This document shows, piece after piece, positions 20,237 to 30,355 of a stretch of 32,000 nucleotides of DNA. This DNA comes from Wallemia ichthyophaga EXF-994. Lineage: Eukaryota; Fungi; Basidiomycota. Within the stretch, counting starts at the first letter, position 1; every line of letters begins with the position of its first letter. Both the position numbers and the translations under genes were made by a program. The DNA lies in contig NW_008806289.1 in NCBI RefSeq assembly GCF_000400465.1, forward strand, positions 120,001 to 152,000, written 5' to 3'. The notes under the pieces were generated by a model that worked only from the letters and a program-made list of their open reading frames with translations, was not told the origin of the DNA and did not search any database.

Positions 20237-22100
20237 ATGACTGGGAACCAGCAGAAATCTAAACAGTCCAAGCAACCCAAGGATTCCCAACTCGCTTCCA
20301 TCTCTAACGGTTTAAATAGGCGTCGTCCCGGCAGCACCGAGGATACAACGCCAGACCACCTAAAATCTATTCCAAATAGAAAACTACGTAATAAGCTCAT
20401 TCGCCAGCACAACTACCAACAAGCCAGCCAGCGTGCTATTGCTGATTATCAGCATTATCTCTTACCAGACAGCAGCAACGGCATTCAGCCAGAGCATCCC
20501 CTTGAACGCACCTACAAACTCAATCAATCCCATATCAAAGACGCCGTCGCGGTCTCCACCGCACAGAAGTCCTTCTCCCTCTCCATCCAATCTGGCGTAA
20601 ACGCCCTTTCGTACTCTAACGACGGCCGTAACCTCGCCTTCACCGCCCCGCACGGCCGTATTGCTTCCTTTGACCCCACTCTCGGCCGACTACACACCGA
20701 TATCAACACCCATGAACACACCTCCGCAATCACCTACCTCCACAACTCTAGTATGATGGCTGTAGCCCAATCCAAGTATGTCTACATCTACGACAACCAG
20801 GGTTTAGAACTGCACAAACTCCCTGACCACATTGAACCCCGTCACCTTCAATTCCTCCCGCACCATTTCCTCCTCGCCTCCGCTGGACACACTGGCTGGC
20901 TCAAATGGCAGGATGTCAGTACAGGTGCGATGGTAGCCCAAACACGTACCCGCCTCGGCCCCACCACCGCAATGGCCCAGAACCGTACCAACGCCATCCT
21001 CTCCCTGGGTTCGAGTAACGGCACAGTCAGTTTCTACTCTCCCTCCACTCCTCACGCCCATGTCAAGCTACAAGCCCACCGCGGTGGTGTCCGCTCCATC
21101 GACCACGACCGTCAAGGTCGCTATCTCGCCAGTGCTGGTGCAGACGGTATGGTGAAGCTCTGGGACATGCGAATGTGGAGGGAACTCACCACTTTCCGCG
21201 CCCGCAACCAGATCGCCGATATCAGCTTCAGTGATACAGACATGCTAGCTGTGGGGTGGGGCAACCATGCCTACGTCTACCGCGACCTACTACAGCAGCA
21301 AGTTGACAACGGCAGCAGCAGCACCCCTACACCCTACCTCACCCACCACTTCAGCGGGAGGAATGTAAACAAAGTCGCCTTCTGCCCGTATGAGGATGTC
21401 TTATCGGTGGGACACGCCGGTGGTCTCGATAATCTCCTCATTCCAGGTGCTGGAGAGGGTAACTACGACTCCCTCGAAGCTGATCCCTTCGAAGGCAAAG
21501 GCGCGCGTCGTGAGCGTGAAGTCCGCCAGTTGCTCGATAAGGTGCGTTTTTTGTGTGGTGTACATGTATTATTCTAACTGACACAAACTCCCACAGATCC
21601 AGCCCGATCTTATTACTTTCAATGACAACGTCCTCGGTGGACTTCACCTCCAGCATGATAACAACAACCCTAATGCGAAGAAGGTACAGGGTAAGAAAAC
21701 TCGCCCGGTCGGCACGCCCAAGCCCTTCGCTCAGATGTCGAGATCGGAGCGACTGCGTGCGAATGGGATGGGAGAAAGCGACGAGGAGGAGGGTGATGAC
21801 GGTGACGATCAAGCTGACGATGACGCTGACGATGCTGAGGGCATGCTCGACGAACTCGACACTCAACATCACGACGACATGGGTAGAGCACAATTGAAGC
21901 AGAAGAAGAAAATGAGAGGTAGGAACACCTCTACGAAGAAATACCTGGCGCGGAAACGTAAGAACGTCGTCGAGCCTTCTCAACTCGCCCTCAAAGCTAA
22001 ATTGGCTAAAGAGAAGGCTGATATTGAGGCTAACGTTGCTAACAGACGTGGCACCAACACCCCTCATCAACCGTCTGCTTTGGATAGGTTTACCAAGTAG
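20237..22100 (+). CDS. UTP7: SSU processome WD40 protein Utp7/WDR46, 2 exons
   Basis: AVAQSKYVYIYDNQGLELH, GWLKWQDVSTG, and the BING4CT region LIPGAGEGNYDSLEADPFE...REREVRQLLDK|IQPDLI. Intron at 21542-21596. Confidence 0.92.
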
Positions 22101-23746
22101 GTGAAGGTGTAGGTACATGTGTGCATGTCAGTAGTGTACTAGTTGGATGCTTTCCTCTCTTTTCTCGTCATATATTCTATTTATTTTGCAATTCTGTTGC
22201 AATTCATGCTTTGGTTTGTGCTTTATGCTTTATGCTTTCTGCAAGATTTCCCAAGTTACATCCCTGGCGCTTCAATCGCGCCTTGCACGCTGCTCGGAAG
22301 CAAATATCCGACATGGCTCTGGGCATCATATAGGATAAATAGAAAAAACAACACGCGTTTCATCGATAATAGCCAATCATATTGACTGATATAGACCACA
22401 GCCACCCACAAGTCGCATTTGCTCCCTCTCCATCCACGCGATTTACCTCTTGGCGTCCACAGGACTAAGGCTATCTTTAGAGAAAATTTTTAGATATTGC
22501 GCATCATCGCAAAGCATTAAATGTAATGGATGTAACCGTTGCAGCTGATGTAATTCATGAATAGGAAAGTGAACATCAGCCCAACTCCAACTCCGACTCT
22601 GCAATCTCTGCAATCGGCCGTTTGGCTTTATCAGCAGGAGTATGTCGAAATTTCTAAATAGTCCAAGTGAAGTGCTGGTCAAGGTAGTTAAAGAATTGTG
22701 CGAGTCAGGTTAGTGGAAACGCATATATTCATGTACCAAGTTTCACTCCCTGAGACATACCACATGTGCATTTGTATCTGGTTGGGCGAGTGCAGAGCAA
22801 ATGACTTTGCTTTTCGTGATAAGCTGTATAAAACACCTAATCTCATCACAAACCTGATAGCTACAGAATGTTTTCAAGATAGCTCAAATTAAAGAGTAGG
22901 AATAAGTCATTTCGTTCAGTTATCTTGGTCAGCAGCTACAATTTAGCTGGTAGTTTGAATCTGCATCATTTTAGCTGCTGCCCTGACAACTGAGGATCAA
23001 CACTACTCACTGTGCTTCAGTGTTACCCTTGCCCATACTATTAGTTGATGAAACACCGCCGAGACAGTTCAAATTAGCATCCGTCACTGTGATATGACCA
23101 AATATTAATCAGTCATTGAACATGTCATTCGACCGGGACATCTAACAAAATCTTCCCTCTTCGCTTTGGAAAACGCAATGGGAAGTTGTAGAAATTTACA
23201 TGACTGCCTGTAATGCTTCAATGCTCCAACGCTCCAATGCGCCATTTTAGCACTGTCAGATACAAGCTCTAAACACCTCCTTGGCATAAGTTAAGTTGAA
23301 GAATCTCGACCGCCATTGAGCTGTTGCTTCCGTTGAACAATTACGTGATAGGGCGTGAGAATCGCGGAAGTTTATTTAGAAATTGCATTGTTACAACTAC
23401 ATATCAAATGTAGCAAGCCAAGACATTCAACAAAACCCATAATAGTCGAATATATCTGTATTTACAAGTCGAGTTCGAAAATAGAATAATCAAGAAAAAT
23501 TTGGGTGAGATTCGTATTATGTATTAACGAAAAGTATTCACCGCTGTGAAAGATAAAGCCAATATATACCAGATGGCTAGGAATGACATCGGTTGAGATG
23601 GTCATTAGTGGTCGCGTTAAGTGGTTGGTCTCTTTACTTGTTTGTGATTGTGGAGAAGACGAAGAGCACGTGAAATAATTGAGAGAAGTAATTGGTGCAA
23701 AAGCTTGGTGTTGACAATTGAGTAGCCTACAGAAAGGTAAGGAAAA

Positions 23747-23826
23747 GTTGATTGTTTGCAATACGCGTTGATCGCTAGCAACACGATCTAATCGCTTGCA
23801 ACATGCGTTAATCGTTTGCAACACGC
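23747..23826. repeat. Four 20-bp tandem units overlapping the GST stop codon
   Basis: gttgattgtttgcaatacgc / gttgatcgctagcaacacga / tctaatcgcttgcaacatgc / gttaatcgtttgcaacacgc. Confidence 0.85.
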
Positions 23827-24872
23827 TCTAAATAAACGCGTTTGAAAGAAGGACGTTTGATCCAACTACGCCAGAAGCGCTGTGTGGGTGTTAGTGATTT
23901 TCGGTAAAACCTTCAAATTCAACCCACCCTTAAACTGTCACAAAGACTCAACCCAACAATATTCAACAACTTGAGTAGACCCTCGTCATCCATAGAGCCA
24001 TTTATATCGGCTATAACTCTCGCTAGGAATGCAACTATAATCAAGTCTACCAGAGTAAGATCATGGCCTAACAACCACGGACCGCGTTGTTCACGCTGTT
24101 CAGTTGATGTGGTGGTGTTAGAGAGATGATCCGACGATAGTTCATTATCGACTTTGATCAAAAAAGATGCGACGTTCGACCAGGTTTTCTTGCTTGCATT
24201 GAAGAAATCCTGGCGATTTTTCAAGATAACTTCCACAGGCTTGTCAATATTTGATGGAATATTGTCATTGGGGTATTCAGTGGTTGTAGGAGGGATGTAC
24301 CTGTATCTATATATATCAAGTATATCCATATTCGACTTTGATTTTGATTCAAACCAGCTTCGTCTGTCTACAGGGCATAGGTGTCTGTATCGATCGAAAG
24401 CAGTCTGACGAGAGGTCAAGTAGGAAACGGCGCGAGTAGAGTTCAATTCCAATTCAGAGGGAGACGTTGCGCTCAGCATGAGGAAATTGGTATCAACTTC
24501 ACCAGAGAGGAGGTAGTTGATGAATTCATCACTCTTGCTTATTAAGTGTGGCAGTGGGATGAGTGAAGGTATAGATCTTCTCTTGATTGAAAGGAATTTG
24601 AGAATTGATTTGGTGTCTGAAATGCGCGTATATTCTACTGGTCTGTCTGCTTTGATTGATTCCGCGTTGGGGACGAGCATCACCGGAAGCGTTCCAGCTG
24701 GATTTATGGCCAGAAAAGAAGGGTGGAAATTATCACCCATATTCAAATCCACTTGTATCAAATCAAAATCTTGGTCGCTATATATTTTCTCCTCTAAGCA
24801 AAGTCTGACTATTGTAGACTGATATGAATGAGGTGACCAATATAACCTTGATGGAGGTATCATGGCATTCAA
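23808..24872 (-). CDS. Glutathione S-transferase-like protein, 2 exons
   Basis: GST N-domain (YWSPHSYQSTIVRLCLEEK...PSFLAINPAGTLPVM) and C-domain (WLLGHDLTLVDL). Intron 23880-23927 adds RFWRSWIKRPSFKRVYLERVAND*. Confidence 0.82.
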
Positions 24873-25004
24873 CTCTATATCTCAATGCGCTTGAGTCTTT
24901 TTTTTTTTATCTGTCGGTGTGATTCGCTGTCTAGATTAAACCAGTGAATCCACCAGTCACACTATTTAGGATTTGTAGATCATTGATGGAAGTATTTTTT
25001 ATTT

Positions 25005-26771
25005 TTACAAAAATTCTTTTGGTCTGCTTATTGGGTCTCCCGCTTGACTATCATATATTAATCCAGCCACCTTGAACGCCAACTCATCCGCTTGACCACG
25101 CGTTTGTGCTTCTGCGTAAACTCTCACACAATCTTCAGTACCTGAAGGTCTAACGAATGATCTACCATCCTGATACTTGCTTACATGACCATCTATCTCT
25201 TTCTGCAGATCAGCTGGCGTGACTAGCTTTCTTTCCGCATCGGTCGTCGTGAAAGCGGTTCTGTCTGGTACTGTAACCTTAACTAATCTGTTTGGGAAGT
25301 CTTCATACAGCCCATCCCATTCTGCTGGTCCCCATTGCTTTTGAATGAGAATTGCTTCAACCAGTAATAAATCTGATAATGCATCTCCAACAGTTTGGTT
25401 TGCAACTTCAGAAAGAGCAATCAATTGTTGTAAAGCAGTTTGTTGTGCTGGCATAACTGGCACTGTGTTCTTGATCAAATTTATAAATTCATCACTGAAA
25501 AGAACAGTCCCATGACCATTTGCTTCAAAGTAAACACCAACGCTATATTGTTGTGCTGCGTGATGAAGATGCTTAACACCAGTTGGTACACACTTAATTG
25601 GAACTTGTTGTGCGTTTATGAACTTTGAGCTACAACCATTAGCGTATGCTGTTTGAACAACACCAACATTTGCAGTATCAGACAAACCAGCTTTATCGAC
25701 GAGATCAATGATAAACACTGAAAGCAAGCTAGCAATTTTATCACCATCGAGTAATTTGAAGTTACCTCTTTGGTCGTTGTAATAGTAAACAATTCTATCA
25801 GCGTCACCATCGAGAGAAGCGCAGCGTTGATTAGGAGTAGGTGAGAAACCAACTGGTAATTGCTGCTTAGATTTTACGTGATCAGCGCCGCAACCGTTAT
25901 TAAGTTTACCAATTCCAGCAGTGGTATCGTCAAACACAGGCTCGAGTGTGAGTGGGGCATCGACTCTATTCAACCTAGAGTTAAGGTCATGGATATATGG
26001 AGCACCGATACCATTTGCACAGTCAACTTTTAAAGGAGCGATGCTAGGTTTACCTTGAACGAGGCCATTGAAAGCGTTGACCATCTTATCCATGTAACCG
26101 TTAATAGTGGGTTCACCGTACTCATCGTTAGTACCTTTGCTGTTGGTAGCGCGAACGAGGTAATGAAGTGCAGGAGTTGTAGCTAACCCGTAATCTTCTA
26201 CTTGCACGCTACCATTGTTCACAGCGTGAATGCCATCTTTGAGAGAAGCGAGGAGAGAATCACCGGAAGGACGCGTGTCTCTTGCGATAATGATGTTAGC
26301 CTTTTTAGACAGATCAATTTTGAGGGTATTTGCAAGTTGTGTGCAGTAGCTAGCGAAGCTGTCTAAAGGCGTGTTTGCGAGTGCAGTCGCGTAAGCTTCC
26401 CAGGAAGGATCAAGCATGTCACCATGTGGATCAACAAGCTTTACGCCGTTATCCTGTGTGTATTTTGAATCAGCTCAAGCTGAAAACTTGGTCAAGACAA
26501 CTAACAGATTCCGGGTTATGTGAAGCAGTGACCATAACGCCGACAGCTTTGCCGTCTAACTTTTGAGAGCGAAAAACGGCGATGATACCGACGCGGAATA
26601 ATACGGCGTCGAGTACAGTGGCTCTGGGAGTGAGGAATGTTAGTGCCAGCTAATGAGAGACATATAGACAAACTTGGTACGGAAGCCAGCAGTACCGTAT
26701 GCGTAGATGTGGTTAGCTGGTGGAGGATGTTGGTGTGCTAGCTTTGAGATATTTTCAGTAATCAATGACAT
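25005..26771 (-). CDS. PCM1: Phosphoacetylglucosamine mutase, 3 exons
   Basis: YGTAGFRT, catalytic GVMVTASHNPES|DNGVK, DGDADR, GVYFEANGHGT, RPSGTED. Introns at 26624-26673 and 26454-26505. Confidence 0.95.
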
Positions 26772-26833
26772 TTTTTGGTGATTGTGTGTTGCTGAGAAGT
26801 CTCGCTCGGACAACAACGATTAACGAATAAGGA

Positions 26834-27170
26834 ATGTCGTCAGTAGAAGATTTACATGGTGAGTTGAGCGTATTAACTCCGTGGCTTCTAACTTAATATC
26901 TCCCTCAACAGCCCTGAAGGACGCCCAAGCTAATCACGTTCGTGAAAGCTGGGTTAGTGCAATGGAACTTAGATTAGTTAAAACAGAGCTTCAAAAGTGC
27001 CATCAATATGAAGGAGTTAACCACTACGCTACTTGTCAAGATTTGAGTAATCGTTATGTGGATATGCTTAGGGATCATAGAGTTGGTGGTTTTCTAATGG
27101 ATACAAGCACAAAATTGACAATTCATAGGTCAAGGGTTATAAGATTCAAGAGAAGGAAGTCGATTCTTAG
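26834..27170 (+). CDS. Complex I accessory subunit NDUFB10 (12 kDa), 3 exons
   Basis: HVRESWVSAMELRLVKTELQKCHQYEGVNHYATC. Introns 26859-26911 and 27082-27128 give the ending ...VKGYKIQEKEVDS*. Confidence 0.85.
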
Positions 27171-28045
27171 TGTTGTTGAGCAGATTCATACGATTTCATT
27201 ACTTGAATAGCCATACGTTCAGCTTGAGATTCTAGCATGCTTAGTTGGTGTAATGTATCTGTTGTTGCCTTTTTCAAATCCTCAACGCCCTCTTCACTAC
27301 TGAGATTGAATTCTGTCAATCCGATATCCACAATCTCGTCTTCACTATCGAATAGATGTTCACCCATAATCAAATTGGATATTTTACCATCTTTGACAAG
27401 GTTTAGACGGGTTTCAAGTATATTTAGACATTCTCTAGCCCTAATTAGCTCCTCTACTAGCTGTTCTAATCGATCTGCTGAGGGAATATGATTGATTACG
27501 TTTGTTGCAGGTAAGTTACGCGGTAGGAGTGTGTTGCTTGGGTGTATCGTGAATTTCAATTGTGACATTATCCAATCGCCCACGAGATCATTCTTGGTGT
27601 ACGATTTAAGCAATTCTAGATTATCAATTTCAATGGGTATATGCATTAATCTGTAGAGATGTATATCGCGTGGTTGAGTAGTATAAACCGTGTAAATGAA
27701 GAATAAGATAGCATTGATTGCATCATTATCGTTATTCTCAATAAAACCTGTAAACAGTTTGAATGAAATTCTGAAAATGGTTTGATAAAATGAACATCTT
27801 ATATGTGAATGTAGGTGTATAAAGTGAATATTTCTCCAACCAAGATGTGTATACGTTTTTATAAAACAATCAAAAGCGTTTTGAGTGCTGTTCGGGATAT
27901 TCAGGCTATTCGATTTGTACGTATCAACCAATCTTCTCAAGTCATCAAAGAGTGATGTAATGAATTGATTACTGTAAAAGTAAGATGGCTGTATATTATT
28001 TGCATATTTATTACCAGGCTCTGCTCTTCTCTTGATTACACTCAT
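27167..28045 (-). CDS. snRNA-activating complex subunit SNAPC1/SNAP43-like protein
   Basis: 292-aa intronless ORF. FDCFIKTYTHLGWRNIHF...AILFFIYTVYTTQP resembles the SNAP43 conserved block (F..F...W/Y..F..I; LY.LY.TQ). Recognised from memory and not searched. Confidence 0.62.
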   Translation of the reverse strand: MSVIKRRAEPGNKYANNIQPSYFYSNQFITSLFDDLRRLVDTYKSNSLNIPNSTQNAFDCFIKTYTHLGWRNIHFIHLHSHIRCSFYQTIFRISFKLFTGFIENNDNDAINAILFFIYTVYTTQPRDIHLYRLMHIPIEIDNLELLKSYTKNDLVGDWIMSQLKFTIHPSNTLLPRNLPATNVINHIPSADRLEQLVEELIRARECLNILETRLNLVKDGKISNLIMGEHLFDSEDEIVDIGLTEFNLSSEEGVEDLKKATTDTLHQLSMLESQAERMAIQVMKSYESAQQH

Positions 28046-28055
28046 TGTGGCTGCG

Positions 28056-29005
28056 ATGAAGTGAGTTTGAGTTTGGATTGAATTTACTTGAAATATTCAA
28101 CGAAACTGAAGTAAAGTTAAAGAAATTCAAGCTTTAGTGAGTTTTCTGGATTCTTTGGGTCCTTGGGTTCCCTGGGTTCTTTGAATAAACTTCTAACTCA
28201 CTTGGTATGGCTTAGAATGATAAGGAACTCCAGCTTAATCTTTCTTCTGCAAGTTGGCATGATCAATATAAGCGTGTGTAGAAGTTGATCGGAAATACTC
28301 AACTCAATTCACACCGCTCACAGACTCAGCCTATGTCTACGTCGGTGGTCTTTTCACTGGTCTAACAGAAGGAGACGTCATTACCATTCTATCTCAGTTG
28401 GTTGATTATCTAACCCCACGCACAAACACTCACACACACTCAGATTTGGTGAAGTCGCTGACATCAATATGCCCCGCGATAAGCAATCTGGTAATCCACG
28501 CGGTTTTGCTTTCGTCATGTACGAAGATCAGCGTAGTACTGTGCTAGCTGTGGATAACTTGAATGGGTCACAGGTGTTAGGACGCACCCTTCGCGTTGAC
28601 CACGTCGATAGATACTCACAGCCCAAAGTGCGCAACGAGGACGGCGAGCTTATCGATGCTGAGAGCGAGCAACTCAATGCGCGCTGGACTGAGCACGTTG
28701 GAGAGAGTAATGAGAGTAATGAGATTAATCAGGGTAAGGGTGGGTGTTTGTATGGCTGCTTGAATCTCCCCCCGCTAAACACACACCACATAGGTAAGAG
28801 ACATGAGGGAGATAGCGACAGTGAGTTGGAAAGCGAAGATCCTATGGCTGCGTATATACGCGCGCAGCAGAAGGCTGTCGGTGGTGTTTCCTCTACAGTT
28901 GACAAAAACAGAGAGAAAGAAGAGAGGAAAGCACGCAAAGCTCAACGTGCGGTTAAGCGAGCAGCGAGAGAAGCGTCTGAGAAAGAAAAACGACGTCGTT
29001 ATTAA
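28056..29005 (+). CDS. IST3: RES complex RRM subunit Ist3/Snu17/RBMX2, 5-6 exons
   Basis: Spliced MN|KVKEIQAL|NDKEL...SWHDQYK|.SAYVYVGGL..GLTEGDVITILSQ|FGE...GFAFVMYEDQRSTVLAVDNLNG. Introns at 28061-28111, 28137-28215, 28274-28323 and 28397-28443, and probably 28734-28793. Confidence 0.9.
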
Positions 29006-29017
29006 AATTACATCACT

Positions 29018-29566
29018 TCACCTCCTCATCATCGCTTGTACCAAATTAGCTCTATTGATAGCCCCACTCTTGTGAATCTCCTCCTTCCTCTTAAGAACAT
29101 CAGATTGTTGTTCAAGTATAGCGAGAACCTCTCTCGCCAGTCTATGATGCAGGAACTTTTCATTACGTTTATCAGAAGCCTTCATTAGGGCATGGAAACC
29201 AAGTCTAATCCTCTGACGTTCGTTAAGTGCCAGTGGAGTATGTAGAACTTTATTGTTACGCTTGCTACTGCTTAGACGGAAAGAAGGTGCAGCCATAGCG
29301 ATAGCGTTTCTGAGTAAGGAAACGGGTTCAGTGGAGTTTGCAGTGAGAGAGCGCATTTCAGTGAGGGTTTTATTAAGGTGACTCTCGGCTCTAGCTTTCT
29401 TTCCATCGCGCATAATTAGATTACTGAGATAACCCAATAACGGTTCACTTGAAGGTGGAATTTGTGTGGGTGTACTGCGAAATCCATTCACAGCGACCGA
29501 TAAAGATGAAAACTGCTCAAAATGAGTCTGTGCCGTGCGGGAAGATGTTTGTAAAAATCTCTTCAT
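29018..29566 (-). CDS. RSM7: Mitochondrial ribosomal protein uS7m
   Basis: LSNLIMRDGKKARA...AIAMAAP...PLALNERQRIRLG...LAREVL...KRKEEIHK.GAINRAN. Confidence 0.9.
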   Translation of the reverse strand: MKRFLQTSSRTAQTHFEQFSSLSVAVNGFRSTPTQIPPSSEPLLGYLSNLIMRDGKKARAESHLNKTLTEMRSLTANSTEPVSLLRNAIAMAAPSFRLSSSKRNNKVLHTPLALNERQRIRLGFHALMKASDKRNEKFLHHRLAREVLAILEQQSDVLKRKEEIHKSGAINRANLVQAMMRR

Positions 29567-29631
29567 CGCCGTGTGCTGGGAAGGTGAGTGTACCCACTTT
29601 GAGATAAAACAATCAAGTTGAAATAATAAAA

Positions 29632-30211
29632 ATGGTGAGATTTGTTTATATTTTTATTCAGATTTATTAAATGAGTTTTATAGTCAGACGCTGGTAGGTA
29701 CACGCACATACTCACACATACCCGCACCAACACACCTCCCGCAGAAGCTAAAGAAGCATTCGCCTTATTCGATAAACGCGGCACTGGGAAGATTCCTTCG
29801 GGTCAACTCGGTGACCTCCTTAGAGCTCTCGGCCAGAATCCAACACAAGCAGAAGTTGACTCTTTACGCTCTTCAGCACCTTCTGAGCGTGAGTTTTAAC
29901 CTTTTCTTGGTTTTGTTACGCGTCTAACGCGTATAATTATCTCAGTCGACTACAAGACATTCCTCTCCATCCTCCAACGCCCTGATGGCTTCAAACCTGC
30001 AGGTGAACTTGACGATTTCGTTAGAGGTTTCCAAGTTTTCGATAAAGATGGCTCTGGCGTCATCGGCGCAGGTGAATTGAGATACGTACTCACTCAACTT
30101 GGTGAGAAAATGTCTGACGCTGAGGTCGATGAGTTGTTGAAAGGCGTGCCAATTTCTTCAGATGGAAACATCAATTACCGCGACTTTGCCGCTCACATTT
30201 TAGGTGCTTAG
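29632..30211 (+). CDS. MLC1: Myosin light chain (Cdc4/Mlc1-type EF-hand protein), 4 exons; missed by the ORF track
   Basis: M|SDA|[18 protein letters not shown]...[17 protein letters not shown]...|...[40 protein letters not shown]. Introns at 29635-29683, 29694-29744 and 29889-29945. Confidence 0.92.
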
Positions 30212-30355
30212 TCTTTTTCTCATATTTTTTCTCTTGATTACCCCAAATTGTTTCTGTTTTCTGCTTTGAATTGATTTTATTAAGTTAACAACAGAAATAT
30301 AAAATATAAACGCGTTTCATTAAAAAGGTTTGATATAAAGGTCTTGTTTGTCCAT

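Noticed and set aside
23462-23824. 120-aa minus-strand ORF from the track
   Set aside because: It starts inside the GST 3' tandem repeat at a non-ATG codon and has no recognisable features.
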